Part shown: in pieces, positions 1 to 13,329 of the stretch
How the letters are laid out: each line of letters begins with the position of its first letter
Position numbering within the stretch: position 1 is the stretch's first letter
From: Felis catus
Lineage: Eukaryota
Length of the DNA stretch: 64,000 nucleotides
NCBI RefSeq assembly: GCF_018350175.1
Contig: NC_058368.1
Coordinates: 156,118,001 to 156,182,000 of the forward strand
Reading direction: 5' to 3'
Made by a program: the position numbers and the translations under genes
The notes under the pieces: generated by a model
What the model was told of the DNA's origin: nothing
Seen by the model: the letters and a program-made list of their open reading frames with translations, nothing else
The model's database searches: none

Positions 1-1179
1 ATGGTAATGACAATAAACTCCTTTGAAAGAGAAATTTTAATTGCTTTATTTTTAGATTTCCAATCAGGTTCTTGGATATGAAAAAAAAGGTGTAAATGTC
101 TGTTTCTGTAAAGCATCAAAAGACATCCTACACCTGATATTTAGAAAGAAAATAAAGATTTTTTTTGATGGAGGAAAGATGGGGATTAGGGGATAGGAAA
201 AAAAATGTACTAAGAATTTACACACTATTACCTTCAATCATTTTGATGCAAGTCATTCGTACCACCACCATGCTAACAAGACGTCCAATTTACTAAACAA
301 TGAATACCGAAAATACGTTTAAAAGGTACAAATGACTGTCCAAAGAATGACACTGAAAAATATTAAGTAACAGCTCTACCTCAAGATAAGCCTCACCATT
401 AAAGAGTTTTAATGAAGAGAGCCTTCAAAGGCTAAATCAGGAGGCATTGATTAGATTGCCTCTAACTTTGTGTTTTGACACCTTCGTCTTTCGTGGCATT
501 ATATTGTCTCTGTGCATCTTACAAAGGAAGCATTTTACTAGGCCCACACAAGAACAGGAGACAGCGATGCTTATAAAAGAGACTGTCAAGGGTGTGAGCC
601 AAAATGGGTCTCATTTGGATTTCAAGTGAAGAAAACTCCTAATGCATTTCATTACAATGTATGCGAACCTCTGAAAAGAAGGATGGATTGGGATTCTCAT
701 CCCTATTAATTTATTGAAATGGATTCAGTTTTTTCTTGTATATCAAGAGAGACCATGTGTTTCAAGCAAGGTAACAATATTATAGTCCCAATAACCAAAT
801 ATGCTATGATTCAGTATGCCCTTCTGTGAGATAAAGAGGATGCAATTTTCTTGATAATTGGGATTTGAGTTTAAAAATAAATCCTACAATAGCATGGCAA
901 CAAATAAATATTCTTTGTTACTATCAGTTTTAAAGATATGATCAAGCTGCTATACAACACAGGGATTGATTCGGTCTTTGTTACCAGAGCAGGCTTTTTA
1001 CCATTTGAAATCCTATTTTTTTCCGTTACTACTGTCATTCACATATTGACTTTTTATTTCATTGAGGAATTACATGCATGATGTAATTAGGATAACACCA
1101 ATGAAAGTCATATTTTATTAAAAGATAGTGAAAAGAGAATGAGACAAAGTCACAGCATTTGAAGCACTGCATTGTAGAA

Positions 1180-1219
1180 CATATATATATAGATAGATAG
1201 ATGCGTATATATATGTAGA

Positions 1220-1263
<44 letters not shown>
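1180..1263. repeat. (TA)n/(TAGA)n microsatellite
   Basis: Directly visible tandem repeats. Confidence 0.95.
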
Positions 1264-1265
<2 letters not shown>

Positions 1266-1311
1266 TCATAAGAATATTCTAGTCATCAAGGCACCTATTA
1301 GGTAATTCATG

Positions 1312-1315
<4 letters not shown>

Positions 1316-1343
<28 letters not shown>

Positions 1344-1348
1344 AAATA
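1316..1348. repeat. (TAAA)n microsatellite
   Basis: Directly visible. Confidence 0.95.
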
Positions 1349-3203
1349 GAAGTACTTCTATTTGGCTGATCCTCCAACTTTAGTAGAATGATACCCACCA
1401 TTCAAAAAATTTCAATCTCTAACCACAGAGAAATGCCACATGATCTAATGCTCTGAGACATTCTAAATAATTTCATAAATTCACAGGATTACAAATATAA
1501 GACATATGCTCTCATTGCTCTTTAACACCATTAACATTTAGAGATGATTGATTATGTTATACCAATAACATTCAGTGAATTCAAAGCTGATCTATTTTTT
1601 ATGTAAATCATACAACCTGCTAGTCAAATTAAAGGTTAAATATACATAAAGTCTTCGAATAAAATACAGATAATCTTTCACATAGAACATGGACCCATGA
1701 TATACCTATTCGAACATAATAGGAACCATGGATTCGCAGGTTGCTTACTAATTAAATCCAGAAAAACAGCATGAGCATGTCCTCCTTATGCCATTATACG
1801 TTTTATTCCAAATGGGAATAATATATCCACAGCTAAGTAGAATTACAAAATATAGCTAGAAAACACAATTGGAAATAAATGTACATTTACAAACTTGGAA
1901 ATCACCCTCTATAAACAAATTCCTATTCATCATTTAAATTTTCCCATACATAGAACCATAAAATAGGTGCGGTTAAGAGTACTCTAAACCAAATACTTAG
2001 CATATGTACATACATGTTTCATGTATGTGTATGCATATATTCTTTAATAGACAACTATATCCAAAAGCAGCAAATCTCAATTAACTTTGGTATATGATTT
2101 TTCTTATAAGAAAGTTTATACATCTCCTTTAATACATACAAAAGAGGAATTTTTTGATGAGTTGTAATTAAATTAGAATGATGCATGTTTCTTATTTTTA
2201 TCTTGACAGTTCTTGTATTCTCAAGCAGAGCCCATTACACACAAATATACAGCAGGTTACGTGCTGAATAATGTATTTCAAGTACTTAAAATTACTGGGG
2301 TGTTGCCTAAGATCTCCATGTGAATACATATTTTGGCCTTAATTTTCATCACTGCGTTTCTACAACTGAATATATTTTATAACCTACTTACAAAGCAGTT
2401 AATATCGGATTTTTTTTCAGGACATAACAAAGGTAATAATACCATCTTTACGATATAAACTTTATGACATTCTGAATAAAACTGACAAGTATAAAATTTG
2501 ATCCATAAAATAAGTGATATACTTATGTTAATTCACCTTTTTAAAGATATTATGTGTTGCTCCGTTTTTTTGACAAGGCTTCCATTCATACCAGAGACAT
2601 GTTGAAAAACACTATATTTTCTCTCAATAAGGAGAATCACTTTACCCACTATCATGCTTGTTCTGTCTCAATAAAAAATCAATCATCAAATGCTTGCTTC
2701 CAAGTTTTAGTTGTTAAACTGCCAATTTATGCATACAGTTTGGCTCAGCAGAATTTCACTCAGCACCATTTCTGTCATTATTATAATTTTGTACATCTCA
2801 TAAAATGTCTTAAACTTCGGGGTTAGTGGAAGTTACGAAAGTTTCTATGTGCTTCTACACAGCATTTGAGGTTTAGAGTTAAAATATAGTGGTGGGATAT
2901 AGTTTGAAACCATCATTTTTAAATAAAAAGGAAAACTATATCTTTCTGTGGTTTTTCAAAGTAATAAAGGCCTGATTGATCCCACTGACTAAGGCAATTG
3001 AATCGGTTGTCTAAATGGTAGTAACGTCAATGTCAGATATGTGGTTATCTTTTCATCTGGGCCCATTCTTGAATGTAAAAATCAGATGTTTGAAGGACAT
3101 TTCACTGACCTGTTATGGCCTCTACGACTCTCAAACACAATACTGGTATTCCTTATATAAGTGCCACATTTTGGATAAAAACCGTTTCATCAATGATGCC
3201 TTT

Positions 3204-3217
3204 GCGACATCTGGCGG
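3204..3217 (-). promoter_or_regulatory. Candidate CTCF site CCGCCAGATGTCGC
   Basis: 13/14 match to the core consensus CCRSYAGRKGGCRS, with CpGs retained in a CpG-poor context. Confidence 0.55.
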
Positions 3218-3293
3218 TCCTAAGGATATATAAAAATTACTTTTTGTTTTTCCCAATCTATCGGTACTTGAAATTCCAGTCCAAAAGCCTTTG

Positions 3294-3307
3294 ATACCCC
3301 CTAGCGG
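3294..3307 (-). promoter_or_regulatory. Candidate CTCF site CCGCTAGGGGGTAT
   Basis: 12/14 match to the core consensus; same orientation as the site 90 bp away. Confidence 0.45.
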
Positions 3308-5379
3308 GGGCACAAAAGCACTCTGGCCTGTAAGCTAGGACGTGGACTACCATGAATCCATATGGTGCAAAAGGTCACAAATCTTGAGATGTGGTGACAT
3401 CATGACAATAAGACACTTTCTAGACAGAAGCTGACCCATTTTGAATATAAAAAGGACCCTGATCACATGTTCCCACACATTTAAAACTATAGAAAAAAAG
3501 AAATATGCTAAGTGCTCTACGGCGAAGCTGAACACTGGCGTTTGAGGGTACCTATAGTTCTCACACTTAAGGAATACTATCTGGAGATTTTCAGCAAGAT
3601 TGCTTTAAATGATCTAAGAGTCCTGGTTTTTTATGTTATAAGTTGCTGCTCAGTAAATGTTAATAAGCGGGGGAGAAGTGGCTGAATCACAGGATGCATG
3701 TTGCCAGGCAATCTTTGGTTCCTTTGTAAATTATTAATCCAGCCATACTGAAGCTTGTTTTACATGATTCTGCCTTTATTTATATTTTCAGCAAAGCACA
3801 GAACTTAAATATTACTTTATGCAGAAGAAAATACTGTTCTTTGGATTTTTATTCTTGTTTTGTAGGCAATTCAGTATAAGGAAGAGGGAATAAAAACTCA
3901 TTTCCATCTCTTCATCATATACTTTCTACAGGTATATTTGTTGTCCACATTGAGAAATCATGACTTTGCTAATTCCTTGCTCAGTAAGAGAAAATTGCAT
4001 ATACTATACAGTTGATTTTTTCTTTATTCTGAGTCTTCATGAGGTAGCCCACCCGACAACAATAAGATCTAAATCAAATATACTATGTTGATTCTACATT
4101 TTCAACCTCCTTTTTATATAGTGGTTTGAAAAATCTTTATTACTTTGGCTATAAATTAATAATTTCAAGGGGTTCTCCACAGGAAAAAAAAACTCATGTT
4201 TTCCAGATTTTGTTTTATAATCAATCTTTAATATGTAACTCATTTAAAAAATTTTTTTCATGTGTTAATAGTTGTTATAAAAGACAGTGGATTCACTTCT
4301 CCTGACAGAGCACTAAGATTTATTTATACTTATGCATGTATCACTGAGTTGCGTCCAAAGATATTTTTGTTTCATAAGTGAATAGATTTATTTTCATTTA
4401 TAAAGAACATACAAAAACTGTCCCTGTGGAAATGACTTTAAATTTCCATGCAATTATAACAAGTTTCATGTAGATTAAAAAAGTTCTCAGATGTATGTCT
4501 TCCATTAGTTACATACTGCTGTTAGGGTGGCAGTAAGTTCCCTTGATAGTATTTATGGACTGATATTTGAAATGGATATAAATATTTATTCTCTAAAGTC
4601 ATTCCATGTTCCCTATTTTAACAATGCAGAGTTATATGGAACAATAAAGTAAATAGAAATAGATATTGTATTCTCTTGTCATTGTTTAAAAGGATCTTTT
4701 TTGAGAAAGATTAATGGGATATAAAAAAAGGCCAGTATGCATTATTATTAAAAACAAATAATAAGGAGAAAAATGTAAAATTAACCAATTATCACTACAT
4801 TACTTGCTAATATTATAGACTACAACAGATGGTTTGATAAATAATAAAGTAAAAACTGTAATAAAATGTATTGATTAAAATAATCAAATACCTTTCTTTG
4901 TCCCAAATGCACTTTACTAAAATAAACATTACAACGGAAGCTAGAAAAAATGACCACAGACATACCTTAAAAAAACGACAAATCTTTTCAAAAGTTAAAC
5001 AATAATTTTGATCGTGGATAATACTAAACATACAATCCTCCTATCTATACTTAGATACTAAAGTAGCAAAATATGTTTCAAATGTAATGGCAGAGATAGA
5101 TATAAAGAAGTAAAGTCATAATTCTAAAGTAGATTTCATTGTCTTACTGAGTCTGTCTTTTAGAAATAGATTTACAGGAGGTTGTGGAGAAATTTTACCC
5201 TGTAACTTCCAAGAACCACACCAAGAATTATCAAAATAAATCTTGCCCTCAACTATCAATACAAAGAAATGGGAATTTTGTCACATTATCTATGTATTTA
5301 TTAATGTTATTTTGTTTTGTAAAGGCCATGGTGGAAGCAACAAAAGGGAGAACAGACACACACAAATTAGGAAAACTGA

Positions 5380-5846
5380 CAAAATAAAATAACAAAATTA
5401 TTAGGAATAAGCAAACAACTAAAGATAAAAGGTGCTATATATGGAAGGCACTGAGGGAGGTCCAACATAAGCATAATTGGTATCCCTAAAGAAAAGAATT
5501 AAACACATGGAATGGAGAAAATATCCAAAGATATAATTTAAGAAAACTTACTAGAAATAACGACTTGAACATTCAGATTGAAAGAACACATTGCCTTAGG
5601 AAAACTGACACAGAATGATAAATACCAAGACATATCCCGGTTGAGAGGGTTGAGCTTCAAAGATGAAAAAGTAATTTTTTTCTCCTTTCAGGTAAAAATA
5701 TCAAGTTACCAAAGGAGGAAAAGATGGGCTGGCTCCAAAACTATCTAGAGAAACAGTAGAACTATGGCTACCAAGACATCTGAAAAACAAAGCATTACCC
5801 CATAAGTACATAGCCAGTCAAAGTGTCATTCAAGGATAAACACAAC
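5380..5846 (+). mobile_element. Old L1 ORF1-region remnant
   Basis: A-rich degenerate ORF1-like motifs (ataattggtatccctaaag...cttgaacattcagattgaaag). Confidence 0.55.
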
Positions 5847-5967
5847 ACTTGTAGTGATGAGCACGTGGTGATGTATGGAAGAGTCGAATCCCTATACTGT
5901 GCACCTGAAACTAATATTACACTGTCTGTTAAGTAAATGAAATTAAAATAAAAACTAAAAAAAAAAA
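5847..5967 (+). mobile_element. Carnivore L1 3' end fragment with A tail
   Basis: gatgagcac...ctatactgtgcacctgaaactaatattacactg...poly(A), typical of carnivore L1 3' UTR. Confidence 0.8.
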
Positions 5968-5969
5968 TT

Positions 5970-6105
5970 GGGCACCTGGGTGGCTCAGTTGGTTGAGTGT
6001 CCAACTTTGACTCAGGTCATGATCTCGTGGTTTGTAAAGTGGGACTCACTGCTGTCAGCATGAAACCTGCTTTGGAACCTCTTTCTCTGCTCCTCCCTTG
6101 CTCAT

Positions 6106-6148
<43 letters not shown>

Positions 6149-6172
6149 AATAAACGCTTAAAAATATTAAAA
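5970..6172 (+). mobile_element. Can-SINE (SINEC, felid type) inserted in the L1 tail
   Basis: GGGCACCTGGGTGGCTCAGTT head, (CT)n tract, A-rich tail. Confidence 0.92.
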
Positions 6173-6385
6173 AGAACAACAGCAACAAACAAAAAATATT
6201 TAAATAGGCAGTATTTAAAAAAGACAACTGGTATGATCCCATTTGAACAAACTACAAAAGACCAAAGTTAAACTAAGAAATAAATGGAAAAACTATGGCA
6301 AACAGGTAATAATGAGAATTGAATGCATTTAAATATACAAGTAAGATTAAAATAACTATGAGAATTTTAATTAAGAAACAAAGTA

Positions 6386-6531
6386 GGGGTGCCTGGGTGG
6401 CTCAGTTTGTTAAGCCTCCAACTCTTGATTTTGACTCAGGTCATGCTCTCACAGTTCATGAGTTCAAGCCTTGCACGGGGCTCCATGCTGACAGCATGGA
6501 GTCTGCTTGGGATTCCCTCCCTCCCTCCCTC

Positions 6532-6565
<34 letters not shown>

Positions 6566-6629
6566 CCGCCCCTGCTCACGTGTGTGCACCCACACTCTTT
6601 CTCTCAAAATAAATAAACTTAAAAAAAAA
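6386..6629 (+). mobile_element. Can-SINE
   Basis: Head, (CT)n, AATAAA tail; degenerate TSD aagaaaca. Confidence 0.92.
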
Positions 6630-7259
6630 GAAACAGAATGTAAATGTTAAAACCAACACAATTTATAAATAATATGAGCAAAACTTTCTCAGGTCAGAAC
6701 ATCAATTTTCTTATCTTCTATGTGATAGGTCAAAAGATATCCTTTAATTAATTAATATGATATTTAGAGTTATGACTGTAAATAATAAAAGAACCAAAAC
6801 AAAATATTCAATTAAAATTAGGTGCTAAACAGTAGGAAGGTTAAAAAGGAAAAGCGGGAGGCAGTTGAAGATACTAATTTTATCTCTATCCATTGTGAGG
6901 AGTCAATAGGTAAGGCCAAAGAAATACGATTAAGTATATTATGCAAAGTTATAGTTATACAGGGTAGTATATCAGAAGAACTAACGTCAGAACACCAGTA
7001 TTTGCTGGGGAAGTAGAGTGGCTGGAGGACATGGGAGGGGGCCTTACCCTTCATTATTTATCTAGTTGTGATTTTTGATTCTCACACTACATCTATGGCT
7101 TCATGTATGCAAGATAAATACTTTTTGTTTGTTCAAACTATAAATCAAATTTGGAAAAACACCATCTTTATGATACTCTATTTTCCTTTTTTAAGCATGT
7201 TACATTTCTCAATTTATTCATTCTCTTTTTCAAATTTCAGGGCAATTTTACATTGTCTT

Positions 7260-7474
7260 TTTTTGTTTTTAATTAATTAATTTTTTTTTCTCTTAGAGAG
7301 AGAAAGCATGCAAAAGCAGGTGAGGGGCAGAGGAAGAGAAAGAGAGAGAATCTTAGGCAGGCTCCACACCCAGCGCCTAGTCCAAAATGGAGCTGGATCT
7401 CATGACTCTGAGATCACGACCTGAGCCAAAATCAAGAGTCAGATGCTTAACCAATTGAGCCACCCAGGTGCCCC
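7260..7474 (-). mobile_element. Can-SINE (older subfamily)
   Basis: Ends in gagccacccaggtgcccc; TSD tacatt(g/t)tctt. Confidence 0.9.
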
Positions 7475-8104
7475 TACATTTTCTTAATAGAGACTGCATT
7501 TTCTCATGGAACTTATTCTAAGGTGGACTGTTTTAAGATTTTTATTGCTACTATTACTGCTTTTTTTTTCTCCACATTTTAAGTCTATTGTCACTACATG
7601 GGACAACTATTGATTTCGTACGTTTACTTTAAAACTGACTTTATAACTGATCTCTCATTAATTCTAAGTTTTTCAGGTTAATTTTTTTATAAAAAATATT
7701 ACATCAAAATAGCATCCATCCTATTCTCATTTGAAAAGACAGTCTCTCATACTTTTGATTCTGACAATGATGATTATTGGGTTGAGATTAAGTTAAAGGA
7801 ATGTCCCACTCAGTTTTCATCAACCAAGAATTTTCATCCGGAATTATATTGTATTTACTGAATGCTTTATCGTCACTTACTAAAATTATCACATGACCTT
7901 TTTTATTTAGCCTTGGCATGTTGTCATAATATCTGACCCACCTGGAATAAATCCAACTTCATTGTATTGCATTATACCCTGTGCTCCACTGATTTGTTCA
8001 AATTTTACTTAGTATATTGTCACTGACAGTTATCATTAATAGTTACCCATAGTTTTCTGGAGGGCTATCTTCATTAGGGCTTAATTTAAAAGTTATACGT
8101 TTAA

Positions 8105-8329
8105 AATTTTTTTAACGTTTATTTATTATATTATTGAGAGAGAGTGTGCGTGCACGCGCGCGCTCATGAGTGGGGGAGGGGCAGAGAGACAGGGAGACAC
8201 AGAATTGGAAGCAGGCTCTAGGCTCCGAGCTGTTAGCAGAGAGCCTGATGTTGGGCTCGAACCCACAAACCGGGAGACCATGACCTGAGCCAAAGTTGGA
8301 CTCAACCAACTGAGCCACCCAGGCACCCC
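8105..8329 (-). mobile_element. Can-SINE (SINEC_Fc type)
   Basis: TSD AAAAGTTATAC(G/A)TTTAA at 8088-8104 and 8331-8347. Confidence 0.93.
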
Positions 8330-8709
8330 AAAAAGTTATACATTTAATAAAATAATTAGGTATGTTTCTTTTTCTTTTCTCAGAAAAGCTCAGAGAAAAA
8401 CAATAATTTTTTCTTGACAGTTTAAGTCCAGTTGTATGATGAAAATTAAGATCTAATTGCTTAGATGATGTTGTTTTCAATTTGATACATATTTTTGGTA
8501 AATCTTGGTGATTTGAATTTTTCCTTTTAGAAAAGTTCTGGTATATCAAAACATTCAAAATGGTTACAAAACCAATGTAATTTCTAAGTTTTAAATCTCC
8601 ATACCTTCTGTCATCTATAATTCTCTTCCATTTGGCAATTAGATTTAGTACTCATTGCTTCATTGTTATTAGTGTACTGACATATTCATCTCTCTTTTTT
8701 TAAAGCTGT

Positions 8710-9310
8710 CATCAGAAACAACAGAAACCAGAAGGAAGTGAACGACATCAAGTGCCAAAGGAAGGAAACTATCAACCAAGAATTCTAAATACACAAAATT
8801 ATTCCTTCAAAAAGAAATATAAGATAAAGCTGTTTCCAGATAAACAAGGACATATAATTTGTTTCAAGCACACCTGCTTTACAGGAAATACTAAAGGAAG
8901 TGCCTGAAGTTGAAAGGGAATAATATTTGATAGTACCTCGAGTCCACAGGAGAAATAGAATACCATAAAAGGTAAATATTTGAGGCAATAATTATAAGAG
9001 ACTGCATAAATATTCTTCCTCTTTTCTCTCAAATGCTCTAAAACATTGCATAAAGAAATAATTAAAACCGTACTGTTGGGTTTAAAATATAAGTAGATTT
9101 AATATGTATGTCAATAAGAGCACAAAAGAGGAGGGAGGAAATGGACTGATATAGGAGCAAAGTCTCTGTAGTATAAATAACTAAATATAATAGTATTGAG
9201 TTAAAAATAATAAATATAAATACTATAGTATAATTAAGTTATTACTAATCTTAGGTAAATTGTGAAAAATTGCATATTTATAATATCTAGACCAGTCACT
9301 AAGAAAATAG
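8710..9310 (+). mobile_element. Old L1 fragment (ORF1 3' end and inter-ORF region)
   Basis: tcaaccaagaattcta...ttccagataaacaa...tttacaggaaatactaaaggaagt is the ORF1 C-terminal signature. Confidence 0.65.
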
Positions 9311-9315
9311 TTCAA

Positions 9316-9493
9316 GGGGGCGCCTGGGTGGCTCAGTTGGTTAAGGGTCTGACTCCTAGTTTCCACTTGGTTATGATCTCACAGTTTGTGAGTTCAAGCC
9401 CCACAACGGACTCTGCACTGGCAGTGTGGAGTCTGCTTTGGATTCTCTCTCCCCACTCTCTCTCTCAAAAATAAATAAATAAACATTTAATAA
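9316..9493 (+). mobile_element. Can-SINE
   Basis: GGGGGCGCCTGGGTGGCTCAG head; TSD aagaaaatag. Confidence 0.9.
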
Positions 9494-11112
9494 AAGAAAA
9501 TAGCCCAAATATAATAAAAGTTCAGTTGAGGGGTAAAATATTCTGGAATGAGACAAGTCTTGTTCTGCTACCAAATTGGACTACCATGATAAATAAGGTG
9601 CAATACATTCCCTTAATTTTATTAAGTTTATGGTTGGACACAGCAAAATTTTCTTTCCTTTCTGAAAATGCTTTATAATCTCTTTCCCACTTTGGATTCT
9701 GTGTATGTGCCTAATCCCTGCTACTGAAAAATATGATCCAGGTTTCCTTGATATTATTAAAAAAAAAAAAGTTTGGTTCAATTAACTCATAATACATTCT
9801 TAGTCTATATGCCAATGGTAATTTTAGCTGAGTTATTTATACAAAATGGTTAAATATAAATTTGGTCCACATATGGAAATTAATATGAACATGAATTATC
9901 TGTTAATATGAACAATCATATGTATTTCATATTTTTACAACTCATGGTACCTGAGTATACTTTCCTTATGTCAAATTTAGGTTCATGGCAACAGAAGACG
10001 TAAACCAATCTGAATGATTAAGTTTCTGAAACGAATGAAGTTCTGTTGCAACGAAATACGTGAATTACTCTGACATTCTCTTGAAAAATTCACCATGGAT
10101 ACATGTTATTGACCTTTAGCTACTCTAAACTGCACATGGAGCTATACGAGCCTGGGTTGGGGTAATGAATATAAACGTTAGTTAAGCTCCTTAATGGAAT
10201 CAGGTTGTAGTGGGACAAAGTAAAATGGGGCAAAATTTTGTAGTTTGTGAATTCAAATTGTACAATTATTCAGCAGTGCATTATATGGCCTAAAATTGAG
10301 ACAGGCTCAAGATGTGTGAATTAAATACAGGAAAGAACACAGTTTGCATAGATCTACATATTTATTGTCCATTCCTTTCAACTCTTTCTAAGCATGAATT
10401 TACTGATAGATTTCTAATAATTTTAGTGTGATGTTCTTTCAAAGATGCTTCTTTGTGTTGGTGAGGGGATATCCGATAATGACAGCTTGAAAAAGTAAAA
10501 GTTTCAAACAAAAATCGCTATCTTCTTATAATAAAATAGAACATATTACTATAATCATTATAGAGAAATAATAAGTTCATAGAAATTATCTGGAAAACTG
10601 TTCTTGTTCTTAAATGGTGTCAACGTAGTTTCAAAATGTGTGAAGACGCTGCATGGTTCTTGACACCAAATGTCAAGTTCTGCTTAAAATTCCGTTGTAA
10701 GAGCTTGCTACAATTCTCTATCTTATAAGTAGATGCCCAATGAAACCAGTACACACTCTGCTTTATATAGGTACAGAACATCTTTCAAAGCTTCTGCAAA
10801 CTGGCTATTCTAGCATCATTACAACCACCACCTCCACTGTTGTCATCATTACATCATTATCATCATTGAATACATCTAGCTAATGTCAACAAATCTGAAT
10901 CATGGGAGTGATTATTTGTCACAGATCTGAAAGGTCTAGGTACAGTGGAGAGCTAAGTCTGCAGAAATTAAGTAAAGAAAAAGCATGACTATTAATGGAA
11001 GAATGAAACTTAAGAAGCGCTATCTTTGTTCTTATCTTTTTCCAAACACTGTGTGAGGTAGAAAGACACTGATTAAGAGAGTGGAGAGAAGTCAGTGAAA
11101 AGTACATGTATT

Positions 11113-11230
11113 GCTTTTTCTTTTTAATTTTCTTTTCTTTAAGTAAGCTCTATGCCTAACGTGGGGCTTGAACTCACAGCCCTGAGAACAAGAGTCACAT
11201 GCTCTATTGACTAAACCAGTCAGGTGCCCC
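11113..11230 (-). mobile_element. Short, old Can-SINE
   Basis: tRNA-derived head only plus T-rich tail; TSD acatgtatt. Confidence 0.8.
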
Positions 11231-11273
11231 ACATGTATTAATTTTTCAATATGCTACAAAAAAACAGATTGAT

Positions 11274-11502
11274 TTCTTTCTTTTTTAAAAAAGTTTTTTA
11301 ATGTTTATTTATTTTTGAGAGACTGAGCGAGACAGAGAGTGAGCAGGGGAGGGACAGAGAGAGGGAAACACAGAATCTATAGCAGGCTCCAGGATCCAAA
11401 CTGTCAGCACAGAGCCCGACGCGGGGCTTGAACCCACAAACCATGAGATTGTGACCTAAGACAAAGTCAGGCCCTTAACCAACTGAGCCACCCAAGCACC
11501 CC
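11274..11502 (-). mobile_element. Can-SINE (SINEC_Fc type)
   Basis: Full body; TSD aaaacaga(t/c)tga. Confidence 0.92.
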
Positions 11503-12299
11503 AAAACAGACTGAACTCTTACGCTTATTTCCACTGCTACATAAAACCAAAATAATAGTTTTAATTATTTATTTTAATAATCTGAAATAATGAGATATTT
11601 GAGTAATCAGCAAAAATATGTTATACTGAGGGGAATAAAGACTTCCTTCATATCAGATGAAGAACAACCTGAGGGATGTGCATCAAGATGAATTAACTAT
11701 TTTTAGTGATAGAGATACAGCTGGTAAGCAATTAAATATATTTGAGCAGTCAGATGTGCCTTTTACTGTTAACGTTTTGTTAAATCAGTCAGTGAAAATA
11801 AATTTGTAAGATTTGTAAGATTCCAACAGAAACACACACCTAGCCACATTTAAAAGCAGTTGTTATAGAATGAAAACAAGAATGTAACATACATGGATTT
11901 AGGGGGGTTAGTATTAAAATATCAGGTGAGAAGGCTGAAATTCAGGGGTTCAAATTTTAAGAAATTTCGTTTTTGGAAATCAGTGATGGAGAGGCTCAGG
12001 TCAGAACATTGAGAAATAAAAAATAAATAAATAAAAATAAATGGAAACAGAGGATAGTTGTAAAAAAATATAATCTCAGCATATACTATATAACTGGTAA
12101 CAAGCTGAAGTTGTAAAAAATTATTTGTTTAAAAATTTATCCTGTTTCATAATTTATAGAACTTAGAAGGAGTCTCAGTTAAGTTATACCCTTTGGGATC
12201 AAGGAATGACAGAACAATCCATACAGTGACAATTTTAATTCAGTATATGATTAGAGACTGTAAATAAGGTGGTAAGAAAAAGCTAAGAAAAGCTCTAAT

Positions 12300-12772
12300 G
12301 ATTAAAAAAAGAAGGAATTAAGATGTTATTCTCAATGATATGATTATTTTAAAAGGACATCAAAAATCTCTGTCAACAAGATTAGAAGAGGTAAATTTAA
12401 CAAAGTTACAGACCTATCAACAAACTTTACGTTTTAATTTACCAACAAACAGAAAATAAAAACTTACATATAAGATTTACAAAAGCATTAAATGTCACAG
12501 AAACTGGGAAATAAATTCTAAAGCAAGATGAACAAGATAGCTATACAAGATATCTAACATGAAAATACGTTAAGAAAAATCTAAGACCCAAGGAAGGATA
12601 TACAATGTTCATGGCTTGGAAGCCTTGATATTATAAAGATAACAATTACCTTCAAATTCATCTTTAGACATAATGCAAATTCAATCAAGATCTTAACACC
12701 TCCCATTTAAAGAGTATATTGAAAGCTAATCTTAAAATATTTTCATGACTTTGGGGTGGGAAAAGAGTTCTC
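12300..12772 (+). mobile_element. Old L1 ORF2 remnant
   Basis: Degenerate RT-downstream motifs (ttattctcaatgatatgatt...atgttcatggcttggaag...aatgcaaattcaatcaag). Confidence 0.6.
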
Positions 12773-12788
12773 TAAAATGGCAAAATAT

Positions 12789-13021
12789 GGGGCGCCTGGG
12801 TGGCTCAGCCGGTTAAGCATCCGACTTCAGCTCAGGTCACGATCTCGCAGTCCATGAGTTCGAGCCCTGCGTCGGGCTCTGGGCTGATGGCTCAGAGCCT
12901 GGAGCCTGCTTCCGATTCTGTGTCTCCCTCTCTCTCTGCCCCTCCCCCGTTCATGATCTGTCTCTCTGTCTCAAAAATAAATAAACGTTAAAAAATAAAA
13001 AATTAAAAATAAATAAAAAAA
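12789..13021 (+). mobile_element. Young SINEC_Fc
   Basis: Many intact CpGs; perfect 15-bp TSD TAAAATGGCAAAATA (12773-12787 and 13022-13036). Confidence 0.96.
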
Positions 13022-13093
13022 TAAAATGGCAAAATAACATCCAGAAAGGGGAATTGTTTAATAAATCTTACTATATAAAAATTAGCTGCTATT

Positions 13094-13310
13094 GGGCCAC
13101 CTGGGTGGCTCAGTCGGTTGGGCGTCCGACTTCGGCTCAGGGCATGATCTCACGGCTTGTGAGTTCGAGCCCTGCATTGGGCTCTGTGCTGACAGCTCAG
13201 AGCCTGGAGTCTGCTTCAGATTCTGGATTCTGGGTCTCGCTCTCTCTGCCCCTCCCCTGCTCACACTCTGTCTCTCAAAAATGAATAAACGTTTAAAAAA
13301 TTAAAAAAAA
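13094..13310 (+). mobile_element. SINEC_Fc
   Basis: Full body; TSD ending ta(g/a)ctgctatt. Confidence 0.94.
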
Positions 13311-13329
13311 AATAACTGCTATTTAGAAA

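Noticed and set aside
1059..1247. Low-complexity ORFs (YIYI, ERER, CVCV, HTHT) across the window
   Set aside because: They are microsatellite translations.
2411..2438. Plus-strand 12-nt microexon-like pattern tttttttcag|GACATAACAAAG|gtaata
   Set aside because: It is antisense to KIAA0825 with no partner exons or supporting gene, and such patterns can occur by chance in 64 kb.
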